Shown here piece by piece: positions 1 through 12,215 of a stretch of 64,000 nucleotides of DNA. The stretch comes from Torpedo marmorata. Taxonomy: Eukaryota. Position 1 is the first letter of the stretch. Every line of letters starts with the position of its first letter. The stretch covers positions 151,156,001 to 151,220,000 of the forward strand of contig OZ360221.1 in assembly GCA_977017645.1 (NCBI GenBank). The letters run 5' to 3'. The translations under genes were made by a program, and so were the position numbers. The notes under the pieces are model-generated. The model searched no databases. It was given only the letters and a program-made list of their open reading frames with translations, and was not told the DNA's origin.

Positions 1-779
1 GGCAGACTATTATTTAGATGGGGAGAATATTCAAAATTCCGAGGTGAAAAGGAACTTGAGAGTTCTTGTGCAGCATACCCTAAAGGTTGACCTCCAGGTT
101 GAGTCGGTGGTGAAGAAGGCGAATGCAATGTTGGCATTCAATTCTAGAGGGGTAGCATCCAAGAGCAGGGATGTAATGTTGAGACTATATAAAGCACTGA
201 TGAGACCGCACTTGGAGTAATGTGTAAAGTTTTGGGCACCGTATTTGAGAAAAGTCGTGCTGGTGTTGGAGTGGGTTCAGAGAAGATTTACTAGAATGAT
301 ACCAGGAATGAAAGGGTTAGTATATGAGGAATTATTGTCGGCTCTTGGATTGTACTCGTTGGAGTACAGAAGGATGAGGGGCGACCTCATAGAGGTATTT
401 CAAATGCTGAAACGCCTGGACTGAGTAGATGTGGCAAGCATGTTCTCCATGGTAGGGGATTCTAGGACAAGAGGGCGTAATTTCAAGATAAAAGGACGTC
501 AATTTAAACCAGAGATGCGGAAAAATTTCCTTAGTCAGAGGGTCGTGAATCTGTGGAACTTGTTGCCACCTTCGGCTGTGGAAGCGAGGTCGTTGGATGT
601 ATTTAAGGCAAAGATTGACAGGTATTTGATATAGTCAGGGCCAAGGGTTATGGGGAGGAAGCCGGGGTGTGGGGCTGAGTGGGTGGATGGATCAGCTAAT
701 GATTAGAATGGTGGAGCAGACTCGATGGGCTAATGGGCCTCCTTCTGCTCCTATATCTTGTGATCTTGTGATCTTGTGA
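1..779 (+). mobile_element. CR1/HER1-type LINE, 3' fragment
   Basis: Decayed CR1 ORF2 C-terminus (SRTRGRNFKI...FLSQRVVNLWNLLP, ORF 431-634), CR1-type 3' UTR and tandem tail (GATCTTGT)n at about 758-779. Confidence 0.9.
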
Positions 780-780
780 A

Positions 781-1348
781 CATTTCCAATGGCCTCACTT
801 CGACCAAATACAATAAGGCCACAGACAAGAAAACACACCAATGCCTCTACTTTCATGGAAAATTAAGGAAGTTCAGTATGTTCCCCATGTCTATCAACAA
901 CTTCTACCGATGCACCATTGAAAGCATACATGCATCATAGCATGGTATGGAGCTGCTCTGCTTAAGATCTGGAAGAAGCTGCTGAAGGTAGTGAATGTAG
1001 CTCAGAATATCACACAAACCTCCCTCCCCCCATGGAATCCATTTACATCTCCCGCTGCCTCGGAACGGCAGCTAAACTATTGAAGGATCTGTCACACCCT
1101 GACACTCTTTTCCCTCCATTCATATGGGAGAAGGTTCAAGAGTGTGAACCTTAAAGGCTGTTCCTTCCCCACAGCCATCAGGCTCCTGAATGAACCCCAC
1201 AAAAGTGTTTTCATGCTGCCCTTGCTTTGTATATAATTGTGCTCTTCTTTTACTTAAAATTACTGTATGAATGTTAGAGTCAACCTGTTAGATTGCTCAT
1301 GGAAGAACCCTCCTTACTGTATTGGGTATAAACTTGAACTGAAATTAA
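781..1348 (+). mobile_element. Degenerate Rex1/Babar-type LINE 3' fragment
   Basis: Recognisable NFYRCTIES and FFPTAIRLLN-type coding remnants, similar to the Rex1-type copies at 24229-24549 and 44438-44962. Confidence 0.65.
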
Positions 1349-1349
1349 T

Positions 1350-2225
1350 AGCAGTCCCCTTGAGGATAAAGGTTGCTTTCTTAAGACACCGCCTCTTGTA
1401 GATGTCCTTGATGGAGTGAAGACTGGCGCCCGTGATGTCGCTGGCCGAGTTAACATCTCTCTGGAGTATTTTCCTGTCCTGTGCATTGGCACCTCCATAC
1501 CAGATAGTGATGCAACCTGACAGAATGCACTCCACAGTACACCTGTATAAATTTTTGAGAATCTTTGGTGATATACCAAATCTCCTCACGAAGTATAGCC
1601 GCTGGTGAACCTCCTACATGATTGCATCAACATAGAGGCTCCAGGACAGATCCTCAAAGATGTTGACACCCAGGAATTTGAAGTTTTTGACCCTCTCCAC
1701 TGCTGTCGCCTCGATGAGGACTGGTTTTTCTTCTGATTTCTTCCTGAAGTCCACAATTAGCTCCTTGGTTTTTCTAATGTTGAGTGCAAGGTTTTTGCAG
1801 TGACACCACTCAACTCGCTGATCTATCTCCCTCCTGTACCTCTTCATTGCCGATTATGAATCTGCCAACGACCATAATGTCATTTGCAAATTTGTTGATG
1901 GCATTTGAATTGTGCTTAGCCACAGAGTCGTGGTGTAGAGTGAGTAGAGCAGCGGGCTAAGCACGCATCCTTAAGGTGCGCCTGTGTTGATCGTCAGTGA
2001 GGAGGAGACGTTGTTTCCAATTCATACTGACTGTGGTCTTCTGATGAGAAAGTCAAGGATCCGGTTGCAGAGGGGTTTGCAAAGGCCCAGGGTTTGGAGC
2101 TTGTTGACCAGCACTGAGGGAATGATAGTGTTGAAGGCTGAGCTATAGTCGATGAAGAGTAGCTGGTTGTCTAGGTGATCCAGAGCTGAGTGGAGAGCCA
2201 GTGATATTGCTTCTGCTGTGGAGTG
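1350..2225 (-). mobile_element. Rex1/Babar-type LINE fragment (RT C-half)
   Basis: ORFs 1614-1847 (KTKELIVDFRK, FKFLGVNI) and 1314-1589 (LYRCTVECILSGCITIWYG); GAP-G and KFANDI RT remnants near 1880-1990. Confidence 0.85.
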
Positions 2226-4164
2226 AGGGCCTCACTGTTGAGATGGTTGATGCCTTGGCAGAGATTTTTATAGCTATGCTGGCCATAAGTGAGGCACCAG
2301 AAGCCTGGAGGATGGGCAATATTGTACCTTAATTTAAGAAAGGGAGCAGGGATAAGCCAGGGAACAACGGTGGTGGGAAGAGATTGGATTGATTTAGTTT
2401 TGGAAGTCAGCATGATTTTGCATAATGGTCCATTTTTTCGAAGTGTGTGACTTTTCTTGGCTTGACCAAGCTTTTACTGGATTTCAGGCCTTGCTTCTGA
2501 TTCATGCATCTCACAACTGTAATGATGCTGCAACCCTAAATATGACAATGAATGCTGGTCCATCAAAATCCACAGAGATCTCTTTCACCTGTGGCAGGCA
2601 GCCGCTTCACTCCCCGAACCCAAAGAATTACCCGACCTTTCTACTGCACCGTTATTGCTTAGAGAACTGGTTAGATTTTACATTGAGGACTCTGAATTAA
2701 TAACAGGCATTAAGCATTGCCACCTGAGAAGAAATTCACAATCAAACCAATAATTAAAAGCAGTGACACATTAAGCATTACAATTCCTTTACATTTGAGG
2801 CACAATTTAACAAGCTAAATACAACCCTTTTGTAAATGAACTGCTGAGATCATCATTTCTATTTCTGGTCTGAAAGCAATGTGCTCCAGAACACTACTAA
2901 AATTTACTAAAAATGGTAATTGCCAAAAATTACAAAGGAATGAACTCTACTTTTCACGAAGTAACAGCAATGATTAAAGCATATTACGTAGTATTCTGAA
3001 ATGTATTTTAACTAACTTGCACAGAAGCTAAATGTCATCCAACGGTTTAAATTAATGTTCCATCAACAATGAAACCAGCAGCACACCTGAATTAAAAAAA
3101 GTCCCCAATGGACAGATCACTTATCCCAAAATATTTTAGAAGGTACAAAGATCAGGTCCTCTCATGTAAGTTACAACTCCCACTTTTTCCAGCGCAGAAG
3201 GAAAAATACTTGGCAGTGACTAAATTACATTTTTAATTAAAACATGTTTTCTACAAAGCATAAGTAAATAACCACAATTGATTCTTGTGATGAGTTGCAA
3301 AAGCCGAGCCTAGCAATTTTTTTTGTGCAATTTTTGAACCTGACTCTTGACAGAATTTTGTTGCAAAACTGAAGAATTAATGAAGCTCAAACAAATGATT
3401 TCCAGGTCTTATGTGTGTATGATGCTCGAATGCACCTGTAGTGGTGTCCAAGTGTCTGCACTGCATGTTTTGATAACACTTCTAGGAAATTCAATCGCCC
3501 ATTCAAGGTCTACAGATGGCACGAGTCACATATACTGAAGCAGGCCTTCATAACATATGTAAGACTTGCCATTGTGCTACTTTAAGGTAGCCTGCTTTGG
3601 CCAGATTCTACTTTGTTATTCGCAAGTTTTGAATTGGCTGCACATAGGCATCAAAGATGTAAGAATTTAGCCTTTTCTATCGGTCTCCTTTGTGCCTTCT
3701 AAATTTGTAAAACAGTCTGACCCTCAACTCACCAAGTAGTTGGTTGTGACTATGCCTCATACCAATATGACTGTGCCTAATACCAATGTCCCAACCAGAC
3801 TCGTGAGGCCCTGATTTTCATCTTCACTCTCGGATGCCCCAATCCAACTGGTGCGCCTCTCAATCCAACTTCTCGACCAGACCTTCCCTTCTCAATTTTA
3901 AATGCATGAATCCTATTCTATTGCACTGCAATAGTCTTGTCTGCAAGAGAATTTTGCAGTGACAAACGCAAGTTTGACTTTCCACATTTCTAATTTTGAT
4001 TCTGATTTCCTAAGAAATGCACCTATCATGGCAGAGAAGAAATTTTAGGGGCCTGTCTTTATTACAAAATTGAAAAATATCTTAATTTTAACCAAAGTAG
4101 AACTTTAGAAAAAAGCCATTCATAGAATGTAGTCAATCAGCTGTGAGAATCAATCCGTAATGGA

Positions 4165-4424
4165 TGGCACGATGTTATTACAATGCCTGCGGCCCACTGC
4201 TGTCTGTAAGGAGTTTATACATTGTCCCATGTCTGCACGGGTTCCTCCAGGTGCTCTGGTTTCCTCCAAAGTCATATGGGGTTCGTAGGCTAATTGGTCA
4301 CGTGGGAGTGCCAGGGCGGTGTGGCTCAGGCTGTAAGGGCCCATTACTGAACTGTATATCTAAATTCGAATAAATAAATAAATAAATAAATAAATAGATA
4401 GACAGTCAGATAAATAAATAAATA
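4165..4424 (+). mobile_element. tRNA-derived V-core-type SINE with (AAAT)n tail
   Basis: Core GGGTTCCTCCAGGTGCTCTGGTTTCCTCC shared with the SINE at 35350-35584; (AAAT)n microsatellite at about 4369-4424. Confidence 0.7.
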
Positions 4425-4539
4425 GATGACGGGAAAGATAGTGATAAGGTGATTTATAACAAAAGCAGGTGCAGATCTACATGATCTATTTAAGGTCTGT
4501 AAATGCTTGAGAGGTCCATAGCTGTTCCTTCATTCGTAG

Positions 4540-5890
4540 ATGGTATGTGGCATACTTGCCTTCATTGGGTAGGGAATTGAGTATGAGAATAAGAAAGTCA
4601 TGTTGCAGATATAAAAATTTGGTTAGACAGCACATGGAGTATCATGTACAATTCTGGTTGCTCATTTCAGGAAGGATATGGAGGCTTTGGAAAAGGTAAA
4701 TAAGAGATCTACCAGCATTTTGCCTGATTATGGGGTCCCACATGAGAGGTTAGTCAGGAAGGTTCAGACGCTAGGTATTCATGGTGAGGTAGTAAGCTGA
4801 ATTCGACATTGGCTATACGGGAGAAGCCAAAGAGTGGTAGTGGATGATTGCTTCTCAGACTGGAAGCCTGTGACTAGTGGTGTGCCTCAGGGATCAGTGC
4901 TGGGACCATTGTTGTTTGTCATCTTTATCAATGATTAAGATGATAATATGGTAAATTGGATCAGCAAATTTGCAGATGATACAAACATTGGAGGTGTTGT
5001 GGACAGCGAAGAAGGCTTTCAAAGCTTGCAGAGGAATCTGAACCAGCTGGAAAAATGGGCTGAAAAATGGCAGATGGAATTTAAGGCAGACAAGTGTGAG
5101 GTGTTGCATTTTGGAAGGACAAACCAAGAAAGGACATACACGGTAAATGGTAGGGCACTGAGGGGTGCGGTAGAACAGAGGGATGAGGAAATACAGATAC
5201 ATAATTCCCTGAAAGTGGCATCATAGATAGAGAGAGTTGTAAAGAGAGCTTTTGGCATATTGGCCTTCATAAATCAAAGTATTGAGTACAGGAGTTGGGA
5301 TGTTATGGTAAAGTTGTATAAGACATTGGTGAGGCCAAATTTGGAGTATTGTGTGCAGTTTTAGTCACCTAATTAGAGAAAGGATATCAATATGATTGAA
5401 AGAGAGCTGAGAAGATTTACTAGGATGTTGCTGAGACATCAGGAACTGAGTTACAGGGAAAGGTTAAACAGGTTAGGACTTTATTCCCTGGAGAGTAGAA
5501 GAACGAGGGGAGATTTGATAGAGGTATTTAAAATTATGAGGGATGGATGAGTAAATGCAAGTAGCCTTTTTCCACTGAGGTTTGGTGAGATACAAACCAG
5601 AGAACATGGGTTAAGGGTGAAAGGGGAAACGTTTAGGGGAAATATCAGGGGGAACATCTTCACACAGAGAGTGGTGGGAGTGTGGAACGAGCTGCCAGCT
5701 GAAGTGGTGAATGTGGGCTCAATTTTTATACTTAAGAAAAATTTGGGCATGTACATGGATGCGAGGGGTATTGAGGGCTATGAACTGGGTGCAGATCAGT
5801 GGCACTAGGCAGAATAATACTTCGGCACAGACTAGAAGGGCCGAAGGGCCTGTTTTCTGTGCTGTAAAGTTCTATGTTTCCATGGTTCTA
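4540..5890 (+). mobile_element. CR1 LINE 3' fragments (older piece about 4540-4730, then a 1.15-kb piece 4735-5890)
   Basis: [14 protein letters not shown] and ISKFADDT RT motifs, FTQRVVGVWNELP C-terminus, CR1 3' UTR and TTCTATG-type tail. Confidence 0.9.
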
Positions 5891-7260
5891 AAAGGACATT
5901 CTCAGAATTTACAAATCTGCCTGGTCGAACTATCTTGATCACAATTTATGATCTCTACTAATCACTTCATTGAAATCAGGGGAGCCTTCCTCTGGGACAA
6001 CCATCAGCCAGAATCCTGCTCCTAGCCACTGGACATCTGGTCCAGGCAGGAGACTCGACTCTAATGAGACATGGGATTTAATATTGTGGCCTGACCAACC
6101 TCTTCAAGCCCAGAGTTAATGTTAGGGCCTAAGGTTTTCTTCAGAACCTTCAGCTAAGACAAAAGAAAATCTTCAAATGAAGCCTTTAAGTGAAGACAAG
6201 TGCTTGTCATTTTCCAGACATTGAAGCAAATAAGCTGCTGCCTTGACCTCTCATCCAATATCCTCACTACATGTTGCTAAATTTACTTCAGTTTCATTTC
6301 AGCTTGTCTGCTTCCTCTCCCATATACTTCATTAAACTCTGGATACTGGTGACCTTTTCTTGGTGTGAGAGGAGTTTAATGAGAAAATGGGAGATTTAGA
6401 AAGAGTAACTGAAACAAAAACAGAATTTATAAAAATTCTTCAACAAGTTTTCAGAAAGTCATGAGGTATGGGATCCACGGAGCCTTGGCTGTGTGGATTA
6501 AAAATTGGCTTGCATATGTCGAAAGTAGAGAGTAGTAGTGGATGGAAAGTGTTCTGCCTGGAGGTCAGTGACTAGTGGAGTTCCACAGGGATCTGTTCTG
6601 GGACACCTGCACTTTGAGATTTTTATAAATGACCTAGATGGAGAAGCGGAACGATGAGTCAGTAAGTTTGCGGATGATATGAAGGTTGGCGGAGTTGTGG
6701 ACAGTGCATAAGGTTGTTGTAGGTTACATAAGGATATAGACAGGTTGCAGAGTTGGGCGGAAAAATGGCAGATGCAGTTCAATCCGGATAAGTGTGAGGT
6801 GATGCATTTTGGAAGGTCAAACCAGAAGGCTGAGTACAGGGTTAATGGTCAGATGCTTAACAGTGTGTAGGGACAGAGGGACCTTGGGGTCGAAATCCAT
6901 GCATCTCTCAAGGTTGCTGCACACATTGATACGACAGTTAAGAAGGCCTATAGTATGTGGGGCTTCATTAATAGGGGGATTGAGCAAGAGTCGAGAGGTC
7001 ATGTTATAACTCTACAAATCTCTGGTGAGACCACACAGAGTATTGTGTTCAGTTCTGATCATCTCATTATAGGAAGGATGCGGAAGCTTTGGAGAGGGTG
7101 CAGAGAAGATTTACCAAGATGTTGCCTGGATTGGAAAATAAGTATTTTGAGGCAAGGTTAGCAGAGTTGGGACTTTTCTCTTTGGAACGCAGAAGGATGA
7201 GAGGAGACTTAATAGAGGTCTGCAAGATTCTGAGAGGCATAGGTAAGGAGGACAGCCAGT

Positions 7261-10200
7261 TGATGAGCCCATCAATAACTTCAAAAGACTAGAAGTTGTA
7301 TTTGAACTGAAAGGCTTTTATTAGCAAAAGAATGGAGTTACATCCATGCTGGTAATCTGTCCCGGACTGGGGGAGGAGTGGTGGCACAATTGCCTTTATT
7401 CAGGGGGTCTGTGGGATGAGCCACCGGGACAGTCAGCAGAGGGCATGTCCAGACACATCACCCAGCCACAATCTATACAAAGTGGTTTACCACATTCACC
7501 CCTCCTTTTAAAAGAGTCCCACGGGATGAAGGATGTAACAATATTTACAAAAGAAATTACAAATGAGTATATTTACAGGTCGAGTCGATCAGGCGGTCGA
7601 GTCCGCCGCTGTGATCGGCGCAGTACTTGTGGTGATGGGGCAGGCGACGGTGCCGCCTCCTGCCTATTTGGAGGTACCAGCACATCTGGCGTCAGCAAAA
7701 CCTCGTGTGTGTATGCCGGTACGGGGGTCTCGTTTGGTGTCTGTTTTGAATTGGGTGGTGTCTCCTGTGTGTCTCTAATGGTAGGTGCAGGGGTGACAGT
7801 AACCATGGAGTGTTCGGGGGCAGGCACCATTGCTCCTGTGGGCACGAAGTCCCGGATGGAGACCATGTCTTCCCGCCCATCAGGAAAAACCACGCAGGCG
7901 TACTGGGGGTTCGCATGTAGTAGTTGAACCCTCTCAACCATCGGGGCATATTTATTGCTCCTGACATGTTTCCGGAGCAACACTGGCCCTGAGGACGTCA
8001 GCCATGCTGGTAGGTCAACTTCCTGGGGAAGGAAAAGAGTCTCTCATGAGGGGTGGCATTGGTGGATGTGCATAGCAGGGAGCGGATGGAGTGGAGTGCC
8101 TCGGGAAGGATTTCTTGCCAGCGGGAGACTGGTAATCACTTAGACCTGAGGGCTAAAAGTATGGTCTTCCAGAACGTGACGTTCTCCCTCTCCACTTGTC
8201 CATTCCCCCGGGGGTTATAGCTTGTGGTCCTGCTAGTCGCGATACCCCTGGCCAGCAGGTATTGGCGTAGCTCGTCACTCATAAGTGAGGACCCTCGGTC
8301 ACTATGGATATAGCAGGGGTATCCAAACAATGTGAAGAGTTTGCGGAGGGCTTTTATGACCGAGGTGGTCGTGGTATCGGGGCAGGGAATGGCGAAAGGG
8401 AACTGCGAGTACTCATCAATGATGTTGAGAAAGTACACATTGCGGTCGGTAGAGGGGAGGGGGCCCTTAAAGTCGACGCTCAGTTGCTCAAATGGGCGGG
8501 TTGCTTTGATCAATTGTGCCTTGTCAGGTCGGTAGAAGTGCGGTTTGCACTCCGCGCAGACTTGGCAGTTCCTGGTCATCGTCCTGACCTCTTCAAGGGA
8601 GTACAGCAGGTTTCTGGCTTTCACAAAGTGGAAAAGCCGGGTGAATCCGGGGTGGCAGAGGTCGCAGTGGAGGGCATATAACTGGTCAATCTGTGCGCTG
8701 GCGCATGTCCCCCGGGATAGGGCATCGGAGGGCTCGTTGAGCTTCCCAGGCCGGTACATGATATCATAGTTGGAGGTGGAGAGTTCGATTCTCCACCTCA
8801 GGATTTTATTGTTTTTAACCTTACCCCGCTGCTGGATGCTGAACATAAATGTGACTGAGCACTGGTCAGTCAGCAGGGTAAAACTTTTGCCCGCAAGATA
8901 GTGCCTCCAGTGCCTGACAGCTTCCACTATGGCCTTGGCCTCTGTCTCCACCACTGAGTGCCGAATTTCTGGGCCTTGAAGGGTACGGGAGAAAAATGCC
9001 ACCGGTCTTCCCGCCTGGTTAAGGGTAGCAGCCAGTGCGATGTCGGACGCGTCGCTCTCTACTTGGAAGGGAGTGGACTCATCCACCGCGTGCATTGCTG
9101 CTCTGGCAATGTCCCCTTTGATGAGGTCGAAGGCCTCACGTGCCTCCGCTGAGAGGGGAAAAGTGGTGGACTTGACTAGGGGGCGGGCCTTGTCTGCATA
9201 ATTAGGGACCCATTGTGCATAGTATGAGAAGAAGCCCAAGCACCTTTTGAGAGCTCTGAGGGTGTGGGGAAGCGGTAGTTCTAGCAGGGGGCGTATGCGG
9301 TCGGGGTCAGGACTGATGACTCCGTTCTCCACAACGCACCCCAGGATAGCGAGTCGGGTGGTTCCGAACACGCACTTATCCTTGTTATAGGTGAGATTAA
9401 GTGCTTTGGCCGCCTGGAAGAACTTCCGGAGATTGTTATCATTGTCCTGCCGGTCGTTACCGCAGATAGTAATGTTGTCCAGGTATGGGAACGTGGCCTT
9501 TAATGGATACCCCATTTGTGACCCCGAAGGAGACGCGTAGGAAGTGATAGAGCCTGCCGTCCGCCTCGAAAGTGGTGTAGGGGCGGTCCTCCCGGCGGAT
9601 GGGGAGCTGATGGTACGCAGATTTGAGATCTATGGTGGAGAATAGCTTGTACTGAGCTATCTGGTTCACCATATCTGCAATGCGTGGTAGAGGGTATGCG
9701 TCAAGCTGTGTGAACCTATTGACGGTCTGACTATAATCTACCACCATCCTATGTTTCTCCCCGTTCTTGACGACGACCACCTGAACCCTCCAGGGACTTG
9801 TGCTCGCCTCAATGATCCCTTCCCCAAGCAACCGCTGCATCTCCGACTTAATGAAGGCCCTGTCCCCTGCGCTGTATCTCCTGCTTTTGGTTGCCACAGG
9901 TTTATAGTCAGGGGTCAGATTGGCAAACAGAATTGGGGGAGGGATCTTGAGGGTGGATAGGCCGCAAGTAGTGTCTGTGATGCGGCTGCGCGTGTGGTGT
10001 GGCAAAATACGTCTGCCGTGTTTGAGAAATTGATGGTTACCGACAGTGATTGGTGGGAGGGGCCCGTCATACTCCATCGTCACACTTTGAATGTGACTCT
10101 GGAAGTCGAGCCCCAGTAGAATTGGGGCACACAGTCGGGGCATGACCAATAGTGTAAAGTCCCGATATTCAGTGTCCTGCTCCACTAGCGTCGTTACACA

Positions 10201-11682
10201 ACCTCTCCGAATGTCTGTTGTGTGCGACCCGGAAGCCATGGCGACGTTTGGCTTACCGGCTGTGTCGTGAGGCCGCATCGCTGCACCGTGTCTGGGTGGA
10301 TAAAGCTCTCTGTGCTGTCCGTGTCGAACAGGCAGTTTGTCCTGTGTCCCTCCACCAGAATGTCCATCATAGACCTCGCGAGTTGGTGGGGTGCACTCTG
10401 GTCGAGTTTAACGGATGCCAAAGTTGAGTCGCTGTCTTGATCCAATGTGATGGAGTGCTGGGTGTTCCGGGATGACGGCACCCTGTGTCGGCGCGATGGC
10501 GTCGAACAAAATGGCCACTCCCATGACTCGCATGTGTTTGCCGCGGGTAAGTAAGATGGCGACGACGGAAGTGACGACACACTAGGTGGCCGCCCCCATG
10601 TCTCGCAAATGGTGGCGCCGGACGGGCAAGATGGCGACGGCAACAATGGCGACCCCCATGCCTCGCAGGTGGCGCTGCTCGATCCCGCTCGCGGTTTAGA
10701 CTTATAGACCTTGGCGAAATGTCCTTTCTTCCCGCAGCTGGAGCAGGTCGCTTCTCAGGCTGGGCAACGTTTCTGGGGATGCTTTGTGAGTCCGCAGAAG
10801 TAGCATTTCTCGGTCTCGCGGCTGACGGCAACTGTGGTCGATTCACCGGCGTGGTGTGGGGTCTGCAGTATCCAAGGAGCCGGCGGCAGATCGCCCGCCT
10901 GGATAGCATAAGAGTTCTGCAACGCGGCTTCCAGTGCATCGGCCATCTCTATCGCCGAATGGAAAGTGAGGTCAGCTTGTTCCAGCAGGCGCTGGCATAC
11001 ACCGACCTGGTCGCAGTAACGAAAGTGTCTCTTACCAGGAGCTCCGCGTGTTGTTCGGCCGTCAGTCCTTGGCAGTCGCAGGCCCGCACGAGTGTCTGTA
11101 GGGCCCGGACGAACTCCGCGCTCGACTCACCGGGCCGCTGCTGCCACGTCGCTAGCCGGTGTCACGTGTAAACAGTATTAACTGGCCGTAAATATTGTCT
11201 TTTAAGGGCATTCATTGCATCTTCGTAAGTCCGCAGGTCTCGGATCATCGAGTAGACCCATGAGCTTAACCTAGAGAGGAGGACTTTGTGTTTTGCAGCG
11301 TCTTCTTCTACCTTGATCTCCTCCAGGAATGACTCAAAGCAGGCTAGCCAGAGTTCAAAAGCGTTGCCGGCCTCTGGTGTTTGTGGATCGAGGTCCAGCT
11401 TGTCTGGTCTCAAGACATTTTCCATGCTTACAAGTTTGCTAATAAAATTGATGAGCCCATCAATAACTTCAAAAGACTAGAAGTTGTATTTGAACTGAAA
11501 GGCTTTTATTAGCAAAAGAATGGAGTTACATCCATGCTGGTAATCTGTCCCGGACTGGGGGAGGAGCGGTGGCACAATCACCTTTATTCAGGAGGTCTGT
11601 GGAAGGAGCCACCGGGACAGTCAGCAGAGGGCATGTCCAGACACATCACCCAGCCACAACCTATACATAGTGGTTTACCACA
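7261..11682 (-). mobile_element. Full-length Gypsy LTR retrotransposon A (TGTGGTAAACCAC LTR group)
   Basis: 234-bp LTRs 7261-7494 and 11449-11682 (about 8 differences), 5-bp TSD CCAGT (7256-7260 and 11683-11687), PPT AAAAGGAGGGGTGAA next to the 3' LTR. Confidence 0.97.
7573..11425 (-). pseudogene. Disrupted gag-pol of Gypsy A (Gag, CCHC, protease, RT, RNase H, integrase)
   Basis: ORF pieces MENVLRPDKL..., CYFCG...C, LFDTDS protease site, YPLP/IDLKSAYHQ/YLDN RT, ESDASD RNase H, HPG...C..C and DFKG/HSDRGS/ERE integrase; several frameshifts and a deletion in RT near 9505. Confidence 0.95.
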
Positions 11683-11955
11683 CCAGTGCCTTTTTCCCAG
11701 GGCAGGAATAGCAAACACAAGGGAACATCTCTTCAAAGAAAAGGGAGGAAAGTTTAGGGGAGACATCAGTGTTAAGTTTTTTACACAAAGCATTGTGGTT
11801 ACCTGTAATGCCTTGCCAGAAATAGTGGTAGAAGCTGAAACATTAGGGGCATTTAAGAGACTCTTAGGCAGGCACATGGATGAAAGAAAAATAGAGGGTT
11901 AGGAGGTAGGAAGGGTTTAGTTCTTCTGTTGGTAGAATATATAGGTCAGCGCAAC

Positions 11956-12215
11956 TGTGGTAAACCACTTTTAGTATGTATATAGGTATTGTGGCCTGAG
12001 GCGAGTATGACCATGACCTGTCTGTCTGTCCCGGTGACTCTTCCCCCCTTTCCCTGGAATAAAGGCCTTGAGCCATTGACTCCTCCCTCAGTTCCGGGAC
12101 ATCCAGCAGGGATCACCAGGTCAAGGTGTAGCTTAGCCCTGGCCTTGATTCTGGTATTAAAAGCCTATTAATTCCTGCACTTCTAGACTCGCGTCTGTCA
12201 TTGATAGGTACATCA
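11956..12215 (+). mobile_element. Solo LTR of the TGTGGTAAACCAC Gypsy group
   Basis: TGTGGTAAACCAC...TACATCA termini, 5-bp TSD GCAAC (11951-11955 and 12216-12220), inserted in the CR1 3' UTR. Confidence 0.93.
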
